A DNA stretch of 64,000 nucleotides from Longimicrobiales bacterium. GTDB lineage: Bacteria; Gemmatimonadota; Gemmatimonadetes; Longimicrobiales; Gaopeijiaceae. Positions 1 to 8,456 of this stretch are shown piece by piece (position 1 is the first letter of the stretch; each line of letters starts with the position of its first letter). The translations under genes were made by a program, and so were the position numbers. The DNA lies in the NCBI GenBank assembly GCA_965202985.1, contig CBDBCF010000002.1:320001-384000 (forward strand). Direction: 5' to 3'. The notes beneath the pieces were generated by a model. The model was given only the letters and a program-made list of their open reading frames with translations. It had not been told where the DNA came from and searched no databases.

Positions 1-1790
1 AACAGCTTGCGGACCCCCTGCCAGCTCGTTCCTTGAATCGCCGTCAAGGGCAGCACGAACGCCACGGTGCCCCCGGGCTTGCACATCTTGTCGGCCACGG
101 CGACGAACGCGGAGGCGATCCCCGCGGACCCGTGATAGCACGTGCCTCGGCCAAGCTCCTTCATCCGGTCGTCCATCTTCTTCTGAAGCCGCGCGCCGGT
201 CCCCAGCCCTCGGTACTGCTTCCACTGTCCTTCGGCGCCCGCCTCCCAGTCCGACATCGCCCGAGTGAAGGGCGGGTTCATGATCACCAGGTCCTGGCTG
301 GACGGCTCGGTGTCGATCGCGAACTCGGCCGTTCTGCCGGACTTTGCCGAGATCGCCTCGGGCGCGCTCATCGGAAAGAGGGAAGGGAGCGTGGCGCTGT
401 CGCTCAGCAGATCGAGCGATCCGATGGCGGTGCTTCGGTCCCGCCGTTCCCCGTACTCGGCGATCAGGACCCGCGCCTTGTCGTACAGGACATTGGGGTG
501 GACGGACGACAGCATCGCCGCCGTCAGGTGGGCCGCGGACGGCACGATGTCGCACGCCGTCAGCGCTTCCTCGATCATCGTGTCGTGCAGGGGAGCGGGA
601 TCGCCGCCGGCCAGTTCGTGCAGCTGATTGAGACGATGGTAGGCCGCGTGGATCAGCGTTCCCGTGCCGCATGCGTAGTCGGCCGCCCGAAAGCTCGTCA
701 TCCGCTCCGCGCTGTTCCAGTCGCCCTCGGGCAGGGCCAGGTGGGAGAGCAGGGCGGCGGACTCGGGGCGGGTGTAGAACGACGCCAAGTACTTGCGGTC
801 CCCGATGAAGCGCTGGAAGACGATGCCGGCCAAGTCGTGGGAGCGCGCCACGCCCAAGTCCACGAGCGCGGCGGCCGTGCCCGCAGCCGTTCGAAGCGCG
901 TCGTTGGCGTCCTTGGGCGGGTTGACGCCGGCCAGCAGTTCGCGAGCCAAGTGAAATATCGACCAATAGTTGATTAGGAGGATCTTGTCCCACTCGGCCA
1001 TGACGCCCGCTTGGTTCAGGTCGCCGGCGGCCTTGATCTGGGCCAGGCTGCGCACCCCGCGATTGCCCGCCAGCCCCTCTTGAAAGACCATGGCGTTGAC
1101 AAGGATTGTGGCGGCGATCCCCAGCATCTGGTCCAACCTGGAGTCGTCGTAATCCTGCCGGAGCACGGTAGCGATCTCGGCCTTCCAGTCCTCGCTCCGC
1201 AGCGCCGCGCCCCGAAGTCGTCCCACCAGCTCGGCCACGCCGCGCTCGAGCACTTCGGTGGCTTCTCGAAGCGCGTCGGCGGACACGCCTGCGTGGTCCA
1301 CGAGCACGGCCAAGTCCGCCAGCGTCCCCGAGATGAACCCCGAGGCGGGGAAGCGGCTGCACTTGTCGTCGGAGCGCCCCGCGAACAGGGCGTACTCCAG
1401 CGGCGTTCCCGGCCCCTCGACGCCCGTCCCCCCGGTCCCCGGCCCCTGGAGCGCGGCAGCAACCTCCCGAGGCGTGTTGCAGTGGTCGAGGCCGGCCCGA
1501 GGCGTCCGCAGCGCCACCACCGACCGAACCTCGCCGGCGTGATCGACCGCATTCGCATCCAGCTCCTCCCCCAGCCGCGACCGCGCCTCGGCCTCCACCG
1601 AGTGCGCCGGCAGCCACTCGTTCTCGATCAGCACCGGCTGTCGGCCGTAACTGGTCACAACGATGTCGGGGCACCGCTGATTGCCCACGAAGCACGGCCT
1701 TTCGGCGTACACCTGCCAGCGCGGGTTCATGCCCTGCAACAGGTCGGCAAGGCCCCCGTTTACGAGCTGCTCGGACATGCGCGGGTTCAT
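1..1790 (-). CDS. Fused restriction-modification enzyme (Type IIG/IIL-like): N-terminal PD-(D/E)xK-like nuclease plus N6-adenine methyltransferase; 3' end runs off the window
   Basis: Translated by hand; absent from the ORF track, apparently because it has no stop in the window. Reads MNPRMSEQLVNGGLADLL...PDIVVTSYGRQPVLIENEW, then INYWSIF, FQRFIGDRKYLASFYT, SAM-binding motif ADYACGTGTL (~655-683) and catalytic DLVIMNPPF (~267-293). The NPPF Met at 281 is in frame with ATG 1790. Confidence 0.85.
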   Translation of the reverse strand, partial: MNPRMSEQLVNGGLADLLQGMNPRWQVYAERPCFVGNQRCPDIVVTSYGRQPVLIENEWLPAHSVEAEARSRLGEELDANAVDHAGEVRSVVALRTPRAGLDHCNTPREVAAALQGPGTGGTGVEGPGTPLEYALFAGRSDDKCSRFPASGFISGTLADLAVLVDHAGVSADALREATEVLERGVAELVGRLRGAALRSEDWKAEIATVLRQDYDDSRLDQMLGIAATILVNAMVFQEGLAGNRGVRSLAQIKAAGDLNQAGVMAEWDKILLINYWSIFHLARELLAGVNPPKDANDALRTAAGTAAALVDLGVARSHDLAGIVFQRFIGDRKYLASFYTRPESAALLSHLALPEGDWNSAERMTSFRAADYACGTGTLIHAAYHRLNQLHELAGGDPAPLHDTMIEEALTACDIVPSAAHLTAAMLSSVHPNVLYDKARVLIAEYGERRDRSTAIGSLDLLSDSATLPSLFPMSAPEAISAKSGRTAEFAIDTEPSSQDLVIMNPPFTRAMSDWEAGAEGQWKQYRGLGTGARLQKKMDDRMKELGRGTCYHGSAGIASAFVAVADKMCKPGGTVAFVLPLTAIQGTSWQGVRKL

Positions 1791-1797
1791 AAGTCGT

Positions 1798-1803
1798 AAC
1801 TTA
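1798..1803 (-). promoter_or_regulatory. Putative -10 box TAAGTT, 7 nt upstream of the RM gene ATG (leaderless-type)
   Basis: Minus strand reads TAAGTT-ACGACTT-ATG; no SD sequence. Confidence 0.5.
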
Positions 1804-1851
1804 CTACGAGACGCGAACCCTGCCGTCCACAACGGAGACGCCCCCAAGATC

Positions 1852-4773
1852 ATGACACGCCGCTTCCCCATGACGACACGCTGCTTTCTGCCCCGCGCCG
1901 CCGCATGCGCGCTCCTCGCCCTTCTGGCCGCGGCCTGCGACCGCGCCCCCGAGGCTCCCTCCGTCGCCATCGACTACGAGCACTACGAGCTCGACAACGG
2001 CCTGGACGTGATCCTGCACGTGGACCGCTCCGACCCCGTGGCCGCGGTCGCCATGACCTTCCACGTGGGCTCGGCCCGCGAGACCGAGGGGCGCACCGGC
2101 TTCGCCCACCTCTTCGAGCACCTCTTCTTCCTGGACTCGGAGAACCTGGGACCCGGCGGCCTGGACCGCCTGATGACCCGGATCGGCAGCGCCACCAACG
2201 GCTCCACCAGCCGCGACCGCACCAACTACTTCGAGGTCGTGCCCGTGGACGGGCTGGAGAAGGCGCTGTGGGCCGAGGCCGACAAGCTGGGCTTCTTCAT
2301 CAACACCGTGACCGAGTCGGTCGTGGCCAAGGAGAAGCAGGTCGTCAAGAACGAGAAGCGGCAGAGCGTGGACAACCGTCCCTACGGCCACACCAACTTC
2401 GTGATCGACCACGCCCTGTACCCGGAGGGGCACCCCTACCGCTGGCAGGTGATCGGCTCGCTCCAGGACTTGGACGCCGCCACGCTGGCCGACGCCAGGG
2501 AGTTCCACGCCCGCTGGTACGGTCCCGGCAACGCCACGCTGGTCGTGGCCGGCGACATCGCCAAGGGCCAGACGCGCGCCTGGATCCACAAGTACTTCGG
2601 CGAAATCCCCGCCCGCGAAACGCCCCCCGCGCCCGAGCCGCCCCCGGTCGAACTGGCCGAAACCCGCCTCCTCTTCCACGAGGACAACTTCGCGCGGCTG
2701 CCCCGCCTGACCCTGGCTTGGCCCACGGTGCCGCTCTACCATCCCGACGCCTACCCACTGGCCGCGCTGGCCGCCCTGCTGGCCGACGGCAAGTCCACCC
2801 CCCTCTACAAGGTGCTGGTCGAGGAAGAGGAGCTGGCGCCCGACGTGTCCGCGTTCAACTTCTCCCAGGAGCTGGCGGGGCGCTTCACCGTGCAGGTCGG
2901 CGCCTTCGCCGGCACGGACCTGGACGATGTGCGGGCCGCGGTCGAGTCGGCGTTCGCGCGATTCGAGCAGGAAGGCGTCCCCGAGGCCGAGCTGCAACGG
3001 GTCAAGGCCGCCACCGAGAGCGCGTTCCACCGGGGCTTGTCGAGCGTGTTAGGGAAGGCGTTCCAGCTGGCCCGCTACGCCATCTTCGCGGACGACGCGG
3101 GCTTCGCCGAGGAGGACCTTCGGCGCACGCTGGCCGTCACCGAGGCCGACGTGATGCGCGTCTACCAGGCCTACTTGGCGGACCGCCCGTACGTGGCCAC
3201 CAGCTTCGTGCCGCGCGGAGAGGCCGGGCTGGCCGTAGAGGGCTCGGAGCGGGCCTCCGTGGTCGAAGAGCCGATCGTCCAGGGCGCCGAGGCCGAATTC
3301 ACCGTCGTGCGGGGCGAGGAACGCACGCCTCAAGGCGCCTTCGACCGCTCGGTGGAGCCCCCCATCGGCTACTCTCCGGGCCTGTCCGCCCCCGAGGTCT
3401 GGAGCACCACGGTTCCGACGGCGGGCTCGCCGACCGAAGACGACGCGACCGACGCCGCCGCGCCGACCGACGCCGTTGCCCCAGCCGCGCAGTTCCGTGC
3501 CTACGGCATCGAGGACCGCGAAGTGCCCGTGGCCGAGTTCGAGCTGCGCTTCCGGGGCGGCATGATGCTCGAAGACCCGTCCCGCATCGGCGTCGCCAAC
3601 CTGCTGGCCGAGACGATGCTCGAGGGCACCGCCAACCGCACGCCCGAAGAGCTGGAGCAGGCGATGGACCTGCTGGGCGCGTCGATCAACGTCTCCGCCG
3701 GCCCCCGCGACCTGACCCTCTCCGGCAGCGTCCTGGCCCGCAACTACGCCGAGACGATCGCCCTCGTGGAGGAGATCCTCCTGGAGCCTCGCTTCGACTC
3801 GGCGCGCTTCGCCCTGGCCAAGCAGCGCGTCGAGAACGGCATCCGCCGCCAAGCCGCCAACCCCAACGCCGTGGCCGCCTGGGCCTTCAACCGCCTGGTC
3901 TACGGCGACCACGTCCTGGCCGAGAACCCCAGCGGCACCCTCGAATCGGTCGCCGCCGTCACCCTGAGCGACCTGCGCGACTACCGCGCCCGCGCCCTAG
4001 TGCCCGGCGCCGCGGCCTTCCACGTGGCGGGCGCCGTCTCCCAGGAAGAGGCGCTGGAGCCCTTGGAGCGCCTGGCCTCGCGCTGGGCGTACGCCCCGGC
4101 CCCAGAGTATCCGCCGCCCCCCGCTTGGTCGCCGGAGCGGGCCGGCCTGTATTTCATCGACGTGCCCGGCGCCGCGCAATCGGTGCTGGCCGTCGGCAGA
4201 CTGGCCCTGGCCCAGACCGACACCGCCTTCTACCCGGCCACCGTCATGAACTTCCGGCTGGGCGGGGGCGGCTTCGCGTCGGAGCTGACCCTGGAACTGC
4301 GGGAAGGGAAGGGGTACACCTACGGCATCGGCTCCGGCTTCCAGGGGTCGGACGTGCCGGGACCCTTCGTAGTCCGCTCGGCGGTGCGCTCCAACGTGAC
4401 CCTGGAGTCGCTGGCGCTGATCAAGGATATCGTGGAGCGCCACGGTCCCCAGTTCGACGAAGAGGACCTAGAGGTCACCAAGGGCTTCCTCCTCCGCGCC
4501 AACGCCGGCGCCTTCGAGACGCTCCGCGCCAAGCTGGGCATCCTCCGCGCCGTCAGCGCCTACGGCTTCGAGCCCGACTACGTCCTCCAGCGAGAGCAGA
4601 TCGTCCGCGACATGACCGTGGACCGCATCCGCGAACTCGCGTCCCGCCACCTGGACACGAACGACATGATCTGGCTGGTCGTCGGCGACGCCGCCACGCA
4701 ACGCGCCCGCCTCCGCGCCCTAGGCCTGGGCACCGCAATCGCCCTCGACCGCGACGGCCGCCGACTCCCTTGA
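1852..4773 (+). CDS. M16 family zinc peptidase (pitrilysin/PqqL-like), probable lipoprotein
   Basis: HLFEH inverted zinc-binding motif, NGSTSRDRTNYFE, second half with LREGKGYTYG, lipobox LAAAC. Start could be 1852 or 1870. Confidence 0.92.
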   Translation: MTRRFPMTTRCFLPRAAACALLALLAAACDRAPEAPSVAIDYEHYELDNGLDVILHVDRSDPVAAVAMTFHVGSARETEGRTGFAHLFEHLFFLDSENLGPGGLDRLMTRIGSATNGSTSRDRTNYFEVVPVDGLEKALWAEADKLGFFINTVTESVVAKEKQVVKNEKRQSVDNRPYGHTNFVIDHALYPEGHPYRWQVIGSLQDLDAATLADAREFHARWYGPGNATLVVAGDIAKGQTRAWIHKYFGEIPARETPPAPEPPPVELAETRLLFHEDNFARLPRLTLAWPTVPLYHPDAYPLAALAALLADGKSTPLYKVLVEEEELAPDVSAFNFSQELAGRFTVQVGAFAGTDLDDVRAAVESAFARFEQEGVPEAELQRVKAATESAFHRGLSSVLGKAFQLARYAIFADDAGFAEEDLRRTLAVTEADVMRVYQAYLADRPYVATSFVPRGEAGLAVEGSERASVVEEPIVQGAEAEFTVVRGEERTPQGAFDRSVEPPIGYSPGLSAPEVWSTTVPTAGSPTEDDATDAAAPTDAVAPAAQFRAYGIEDREVPVAEFELRFRGGMMLEDPSRIGVANLLAETMLEGTANRTPEELEQAMDLLGASINVSAGPRDLTLSGSVLARNYAETIALVEEILLEPRFDSARFALAKQRVENGIRRQAANPNAVAAWAFNRLVYGDHVLAENPSGTLESVAAVTLSDLRDYRARALVPGAAAFHVAGAVSQEEALEPLERLASRWAYAPAPEYPPPPAWSPERAGLYFIDVPGAAQSVLAVGRLALAQTDTAFYPATVMNFRLGGGGFASELTLELREGKGYTYGIGSGFQGSDVPGPFVVRSAVRSNVTLESLALIKDIVERHGPQFDEEDLEVTKGFLLRANAGAFETLRAKLGILRAVSAYGFEPDYVLQREQIVRDMTVDRIRELASRHLDTNDMIWLVVGDAATQRARLRALGLGTAIALDRDGRRLP

Positions 4774-4933
4774 GTTCCCGACTCGCGTGAGCCGAGTTCT
4801 CCGGCGGCCCGAGAAGCCTTGCCCTCCCGGATCGGCGTCCGCTGGCGACTTGCGTCGCGTGTGTCGAACGCTTATCAATTAGAATTGAGCAGGCTTGGGG
4901 GCGGGCGGCCCCCGCAACTCGGGACGAAACTCC

Positions 4934-5437
4934 ATGTTCAAGCATGTGTTTGGACGCCTCGACCGCGCGCACGGCCTCGCACGCACGCCCAGGCGCCTCG
5001 CCGGCGTGCTGGCGGCGACCTCCGTTGCCGCGATTTCGGCCTGCTCCGAAGTCGCTCGTCCGACCTCGGAAGAGGAGCAGTTCCAGCTTCCCGACCCGGG
5101 CACGTCCGTCGCTCTCGACCGCGAGGGCAGCGTTCTGGCAACCCGAGAACTCTGGCACGCCCCGGCGACCGAGCGCGGAAACTGGATGGCGACGTGGACT
5201 CTTTGGAGGTTCGTGTCTTCAAGCAGCGAACGGACGCCTCCGACCGGCCACATCTCGACGTACGCCGGTCCTGACCCCGAGCACAGTGCCAACGCGAGCG
5301 ACTCGAAGGCGGTGTTGGACGACTTCGGAGACCGCGTCGCCGAGCTGCATGCCGATCCGGTTTGCGAGGTGGTCGTGGTGGAGCACTTCAAGGAGTCGGG
5401 TGACCTGCACGCGCACTGCGGGGAGTTGCCGGGCTAG
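4934..5437 (+). CDS. Hypothetical lipoprotein
   Basis: Basic N-terminus, hydrophobic stretch and ISAC lipobox-like motif; fills the gap between two + strand genes. Confidence 0.5.
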   Translation: MFKHVFGRLDRAHGLARTPRRLAGVLAATSVAAISACSEVARPTSEEEQFQLPDPGTSVALDREGSVLATRELWHAPATERGNWMATWTLWRFVSSSSERTPPTGHISTYAGPDPEHSANASDSKAVLDDFGDRVAELHADPVCEVVVVEHFKESGDLHAHCGELPG

Positions 5438-5599
5438 TTTCGGGCTCGCCTTGCCAGGATCAGATCGACGAGCTTGAAGACGACACAAAGGGCGGCCAGC
5501 GTGACTGCCGCTACCGTAATCGCCTGCCAAAGGCTCCAACGCGCCGACCGGGGCTCAACCCCCTTGTTCGGCCCCTTGTCCGGGCGTTATCGTGCTAGC

Positions 5600-7924
5600 G
5601 TGAAAACGAAGAGAACTCCCGCTTGGGCCGCCGCCTTCCTGGCCTTCTCCTGCTGGGCGATTCTCCAAGTCGCCAGCCCCCCGGAGGCCGCCGCCCAGGC
5701 CGCCCACGCCCACGCCGCCGACACGCAGGACGCGCCCCGAACCGAAGCCCCCTCGGACGAACCGTCGTCGTCCCGCACCGGCATCGCCGTTGCCGCCCGG
5801 ACCGACGCGCCGCCGATCGTGGACGGCGTTCCCGACGACGAAGCTTGGCTGGTGGCTTCGCCCCTGGGCGACTTCGTGCAGCGCGAGCCCGCCGACGGCC
5901 AGCCCGCGTCCGAGCCCACCGAACTCCGCATCCTCTTCGACGAGGAGGCCGTGTACGTGGCGGTGTGGGCCTACGACTCGCGGGCGGGAGAGATCGTTCC
6001 CGGCGAATCGATCCGCGACTACGAGATCACCGACGCCGACGCCGTGCTCATGGTCTTCGACACCTACAACGACCAGCAGAACGGCTTCGTCTTCGGCACC
6101 ACGCCGGCGGGCATCGAGTACGACGGCCAAGTGGCGGCCGCCGGAAGCGGGGGCGGCTTCTTCCTGGGCGGGGGAGGGAACACGCGCCGCAGGTTCCAGG
6201 CCGGGGCGGGCGGCGGCTTCAACAAGAACTGGGACGGCAGCTGGACCGTGGCGACGTCCCGCGACGACCGGGGCTGGTACGCCGAGTTCCGCATTCCGTT
6301 CAGCACCCTGCGCTACGGCTCCGAGACCGACTCCTGGGGCTTCAACGTCTCGCGACGCATCCGCCGGCTGAACGAAGAAGACTTTTGGTCGCCCGTGCCC
6401 CGGGAGTTCGGCCTGTACCGCCTGGACTTCGCGGGCGAGCTGACCGGCGTGGAGCCGCCTTTCCGCCGGGCCGCGACGATCACGCCCTACGTTCTGGGCT
6501 CCACGGAGCGGGACTACACCGACGCCGCCCAGACCTCGTTCGCTCAGAGCGCGGAGGTCGGCGGCGAAGCCAAGCTGCAGGTCACGCAGGGGCTGACCCT
6601 GGACGTGACCGCCAACACCGACTTCGCCCAAGTCGAGGTGGACGACCAGCAGGTCAACCTGACCCGGTTCTCGCTGCTGTTCCCTGAGAAGCGGCCCTTC
6701 TTCCTGGAGAACGCCGGGTTCTTCACCGTCGGGGCCGGCGGGGCCGACCTGTTCTTCAGCCGCAGAATCGGCATCTCCGGCGGCCAGCCCGTGCCGATCA
6801 AGGGCGGGGGACGCCTGTCGGGCCGGGCGGCCGGGCTCAACCTGGGGCTGCTCCACATCCGAACCGACGCGCCCGAGGTCGGCGCCGCCGCGAACCACTA
6901 CTCGGTCGCCCGCGTGGCGAAGGAGCTGCCCAGTCGGTCGCGCCTGGGAGGCATCTTCGTGAACCGCGGCAGCAACCTGGACGGCGACTTCAACCGCACC
7001 TACGGCCTGGACGCTCGCGTGGGGCTGGGCGACCAGTTCACCGTGAGTTCGTTCGTCGCGCGCACCGACACGCCCGAGCTGGAGGGCGCCGACCATGCCT
7101 GGGACGTGACGGCGGGCTGGGCCAGCCGCAACTGGCGGGCCAACGCCACCGCGCGCGAGATCGGCGAGCACTTCAACCCCGAGGTCGGGTTCCTGCCCCG
7201 GAACGGCCATCGCTACTACCAAGTGTTCGGCATGTGGTACTCCCGTCCCGAGCGCTTCTTCCGGGAGATTCGGCCCCACATCTCCTACTACGTCTACCAA
7301 GCCCAGCGCGGGGGCGTGACCCGAGGCTTCAACGAGTCGTCGCGCTGGCACATCGACACCCACTGGGAGTGGCCCTCCGGCATGGAACTCCACACCGGTG
7401 CCAACTACGTCACCGAGGGCCTCTACGAGCCGTTCAACATCTCGGGGACCGAAGTGATCGTGCCCGCCGGCACCTACGGGGGCTGGGAGTCCCAGATCGT
7501 CTTCTTCACCGACCAGTCGCGCACGCTGTCTTTCAACTCCCGCTTCAACTGGGGCGAATTCCTGTCCGGGGGCCGGAGGTCCACGACCGCCGACGTGACG
7601 GTCCGCCGAGACGAGCGGGCCACCGCCACTATCCGCGTGAGCCACAACGACGTGCACCTGCCCGAGGGCGACTTCACTGCCACGCTGGCCGGCGTCAACC
7701 TGGGCTACTTCTTCACGCCCCGGATCTACCTGCAGTCGCTGATCCAGTACTCGAACCAGATCGACCAGTGGTCCGCCAACGTGCGCTTCGGCTGGCTGAA
7801 CACGGCGGGAACCGGGCTGTTCGTCGTCTACAACGACGTTCAGGGCATCGACGATCTGGCTGGGCCGGTGGGGCGCTCGGTCTTCGTGAAGTTCACCCGC
7901 CAGCTGAACGTTCTAGGGCGGTAG
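5600..7924 (+). CDS. DUF5916 / carbohydrate-binding family 9-like domain outer-membrane protein
   Basis: Signal peptide, PIVDGVPDDEAW, WYAEFRIPFSTLRY, NTDFAQVEVD..VNLTRFSLLFPEKRPFFLE, and a C-terminal beta-strand pattern. GTG start inferred. Confidence 0.85.
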   Translation: MKTKRTPAWAAAFLAFSCWAILQVASPPEAAAQAAHAHAADTQDAPRTEAPSDEPSSSRTGIAVAARTDAPPIVDGVPDDEAWLVASPLGDFVQREPADGQPASEPTELRILFDEEAVYVAVWAYDSRAGEIVPGESIRDYEITDADAVLMVFDTYNDQQNGFVFGTTPAGIEYDGQVAAAGSGGGFFLGGGGNTRRRFQAGAGGGFNKNWDGSWTVATSRDDRGWYAEFRIPFSTLRYGSETDSWGFNVSRRIRRLNEEDFWSPVPREFGLYRLDFAGELTGVEPPFRRAATITPYVLGSTERDYTDAAQTSFAQSAEVGGEAKLQVTQGLTLDVTANTDFAQVEVDDQQVNLTRFSLLFPEKRPFFLENAGFFTVGAGGADLFFSRRIGISGGQPVPIKGGGRLSGRAAGLNLGLLHIRTDAPEVGAAANHYSVARVAKELPSRSRLGGIFVNRGSNLDGDFNRTYGLDARVGLGDQFTVSSFVARTDTPELEGADHAWDVTAGWASRNWRANATAREIGEHFNPEVGFLPRNGHRYYQVFGMWYSRPERFFREIRPHISYYVYQAQRGGVTRGFNESSRWHIDTHWEWPSGMELHTGANYVTEGLYEPFNISGTEVIVPAGTYGGWESQIVFFTDQSRTLSFNSRFNWGEFLSGGRRSTTADVTVRRDERATATIRVSHNDVHLPEGDFTATLAGVNLGYFFTPRIYLQSLIQYSNQIDQWSANVRFGWLNTAGTGLFVVYNDVQGIDDLAGPVGRSVFVKFTRQLNVLGR

Positions 7925-7931
7925 GCCCCTC

Positions 7932-8456
7932 CTACTCGCCGGGCCCCTCTTCCTCCGCGTTGGCCGCTTGGAACGCCTCCGCGAAGTCGGCCAGCGTCTC
8001 CCGCAGGACCGCGCCCATCGTGTCCGCCGTGTTCGCTGCTTCGGACACGCCCACCGTCGTGGCGAACCAAGTGACCGCCTCCGAGTGCGTGATCTGCGTG
8101 TCCCGGATCAGCTGGACGGCCTGCTGGACGCGAACCGACACCGAGTAGCCCACCACGCCGGCCACGCCGCCCCCGCACTCGAAGGTGACGCGCAGTTCGG
8201 GCAGGCCGGGGCTGGCCAGCATCTCCTCGCGGGTCAGGAGCGGGACGCCCTCCAGCGCCTCTTCCGACTGGGCGCGAACGGACTCGGCGGACACGCCGGC
8301 CCCCTGGCAGCCCTCGTTGGTCTCGGCGCGCACATGCACGCCGGCCAAGCCGTCCAACGTGTACCGGTTCCACTCGGTGTCCTGCGCGGCCGCCGCGCCC
8401 GGCCCCAAGAGCGAGCTGGCCGCGAAGGCGATCAGCCTTATCTGCTGCCGCCGCAC
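7932..8456 (-). CDS. Secreted hypothetical protein, last gene of the DUF1592 operon
   Basis: Signal peptide (AAAA-QD) followed by a globular sequence; GTG start overlaps the end of the ankyrin gene. Confidence 0.65.
   Translation of the reverse strand: MRRQQIRLIAFAASSLLGPGAAAAQDTEWNRYTLDGLAGVHVRAETNEGCQGAGVSAESVRAQSEEALEGVPLLTREEMLASPGLPELRVTFECGGGVAGVVGYSVSVRVQQAVQLIRDTQITHSEAVTWFATTVGVSEAANTADTMGAVLRETLADFAEAFQAANAEEEGPGE

Noticed and set aside
33..1799. Plus-strand ORFs 33..977 and 1011..1799
   Set aside because: Antisense shadows of the minus-strand RM gene, which carries the recognisable motifs.
1791..1800. AAGTCGTAAC matching the 16S 1492 region
   Set aside because: Only a 10-nt match, which doubles as the -10 spacer of the RM gene; likely chance.
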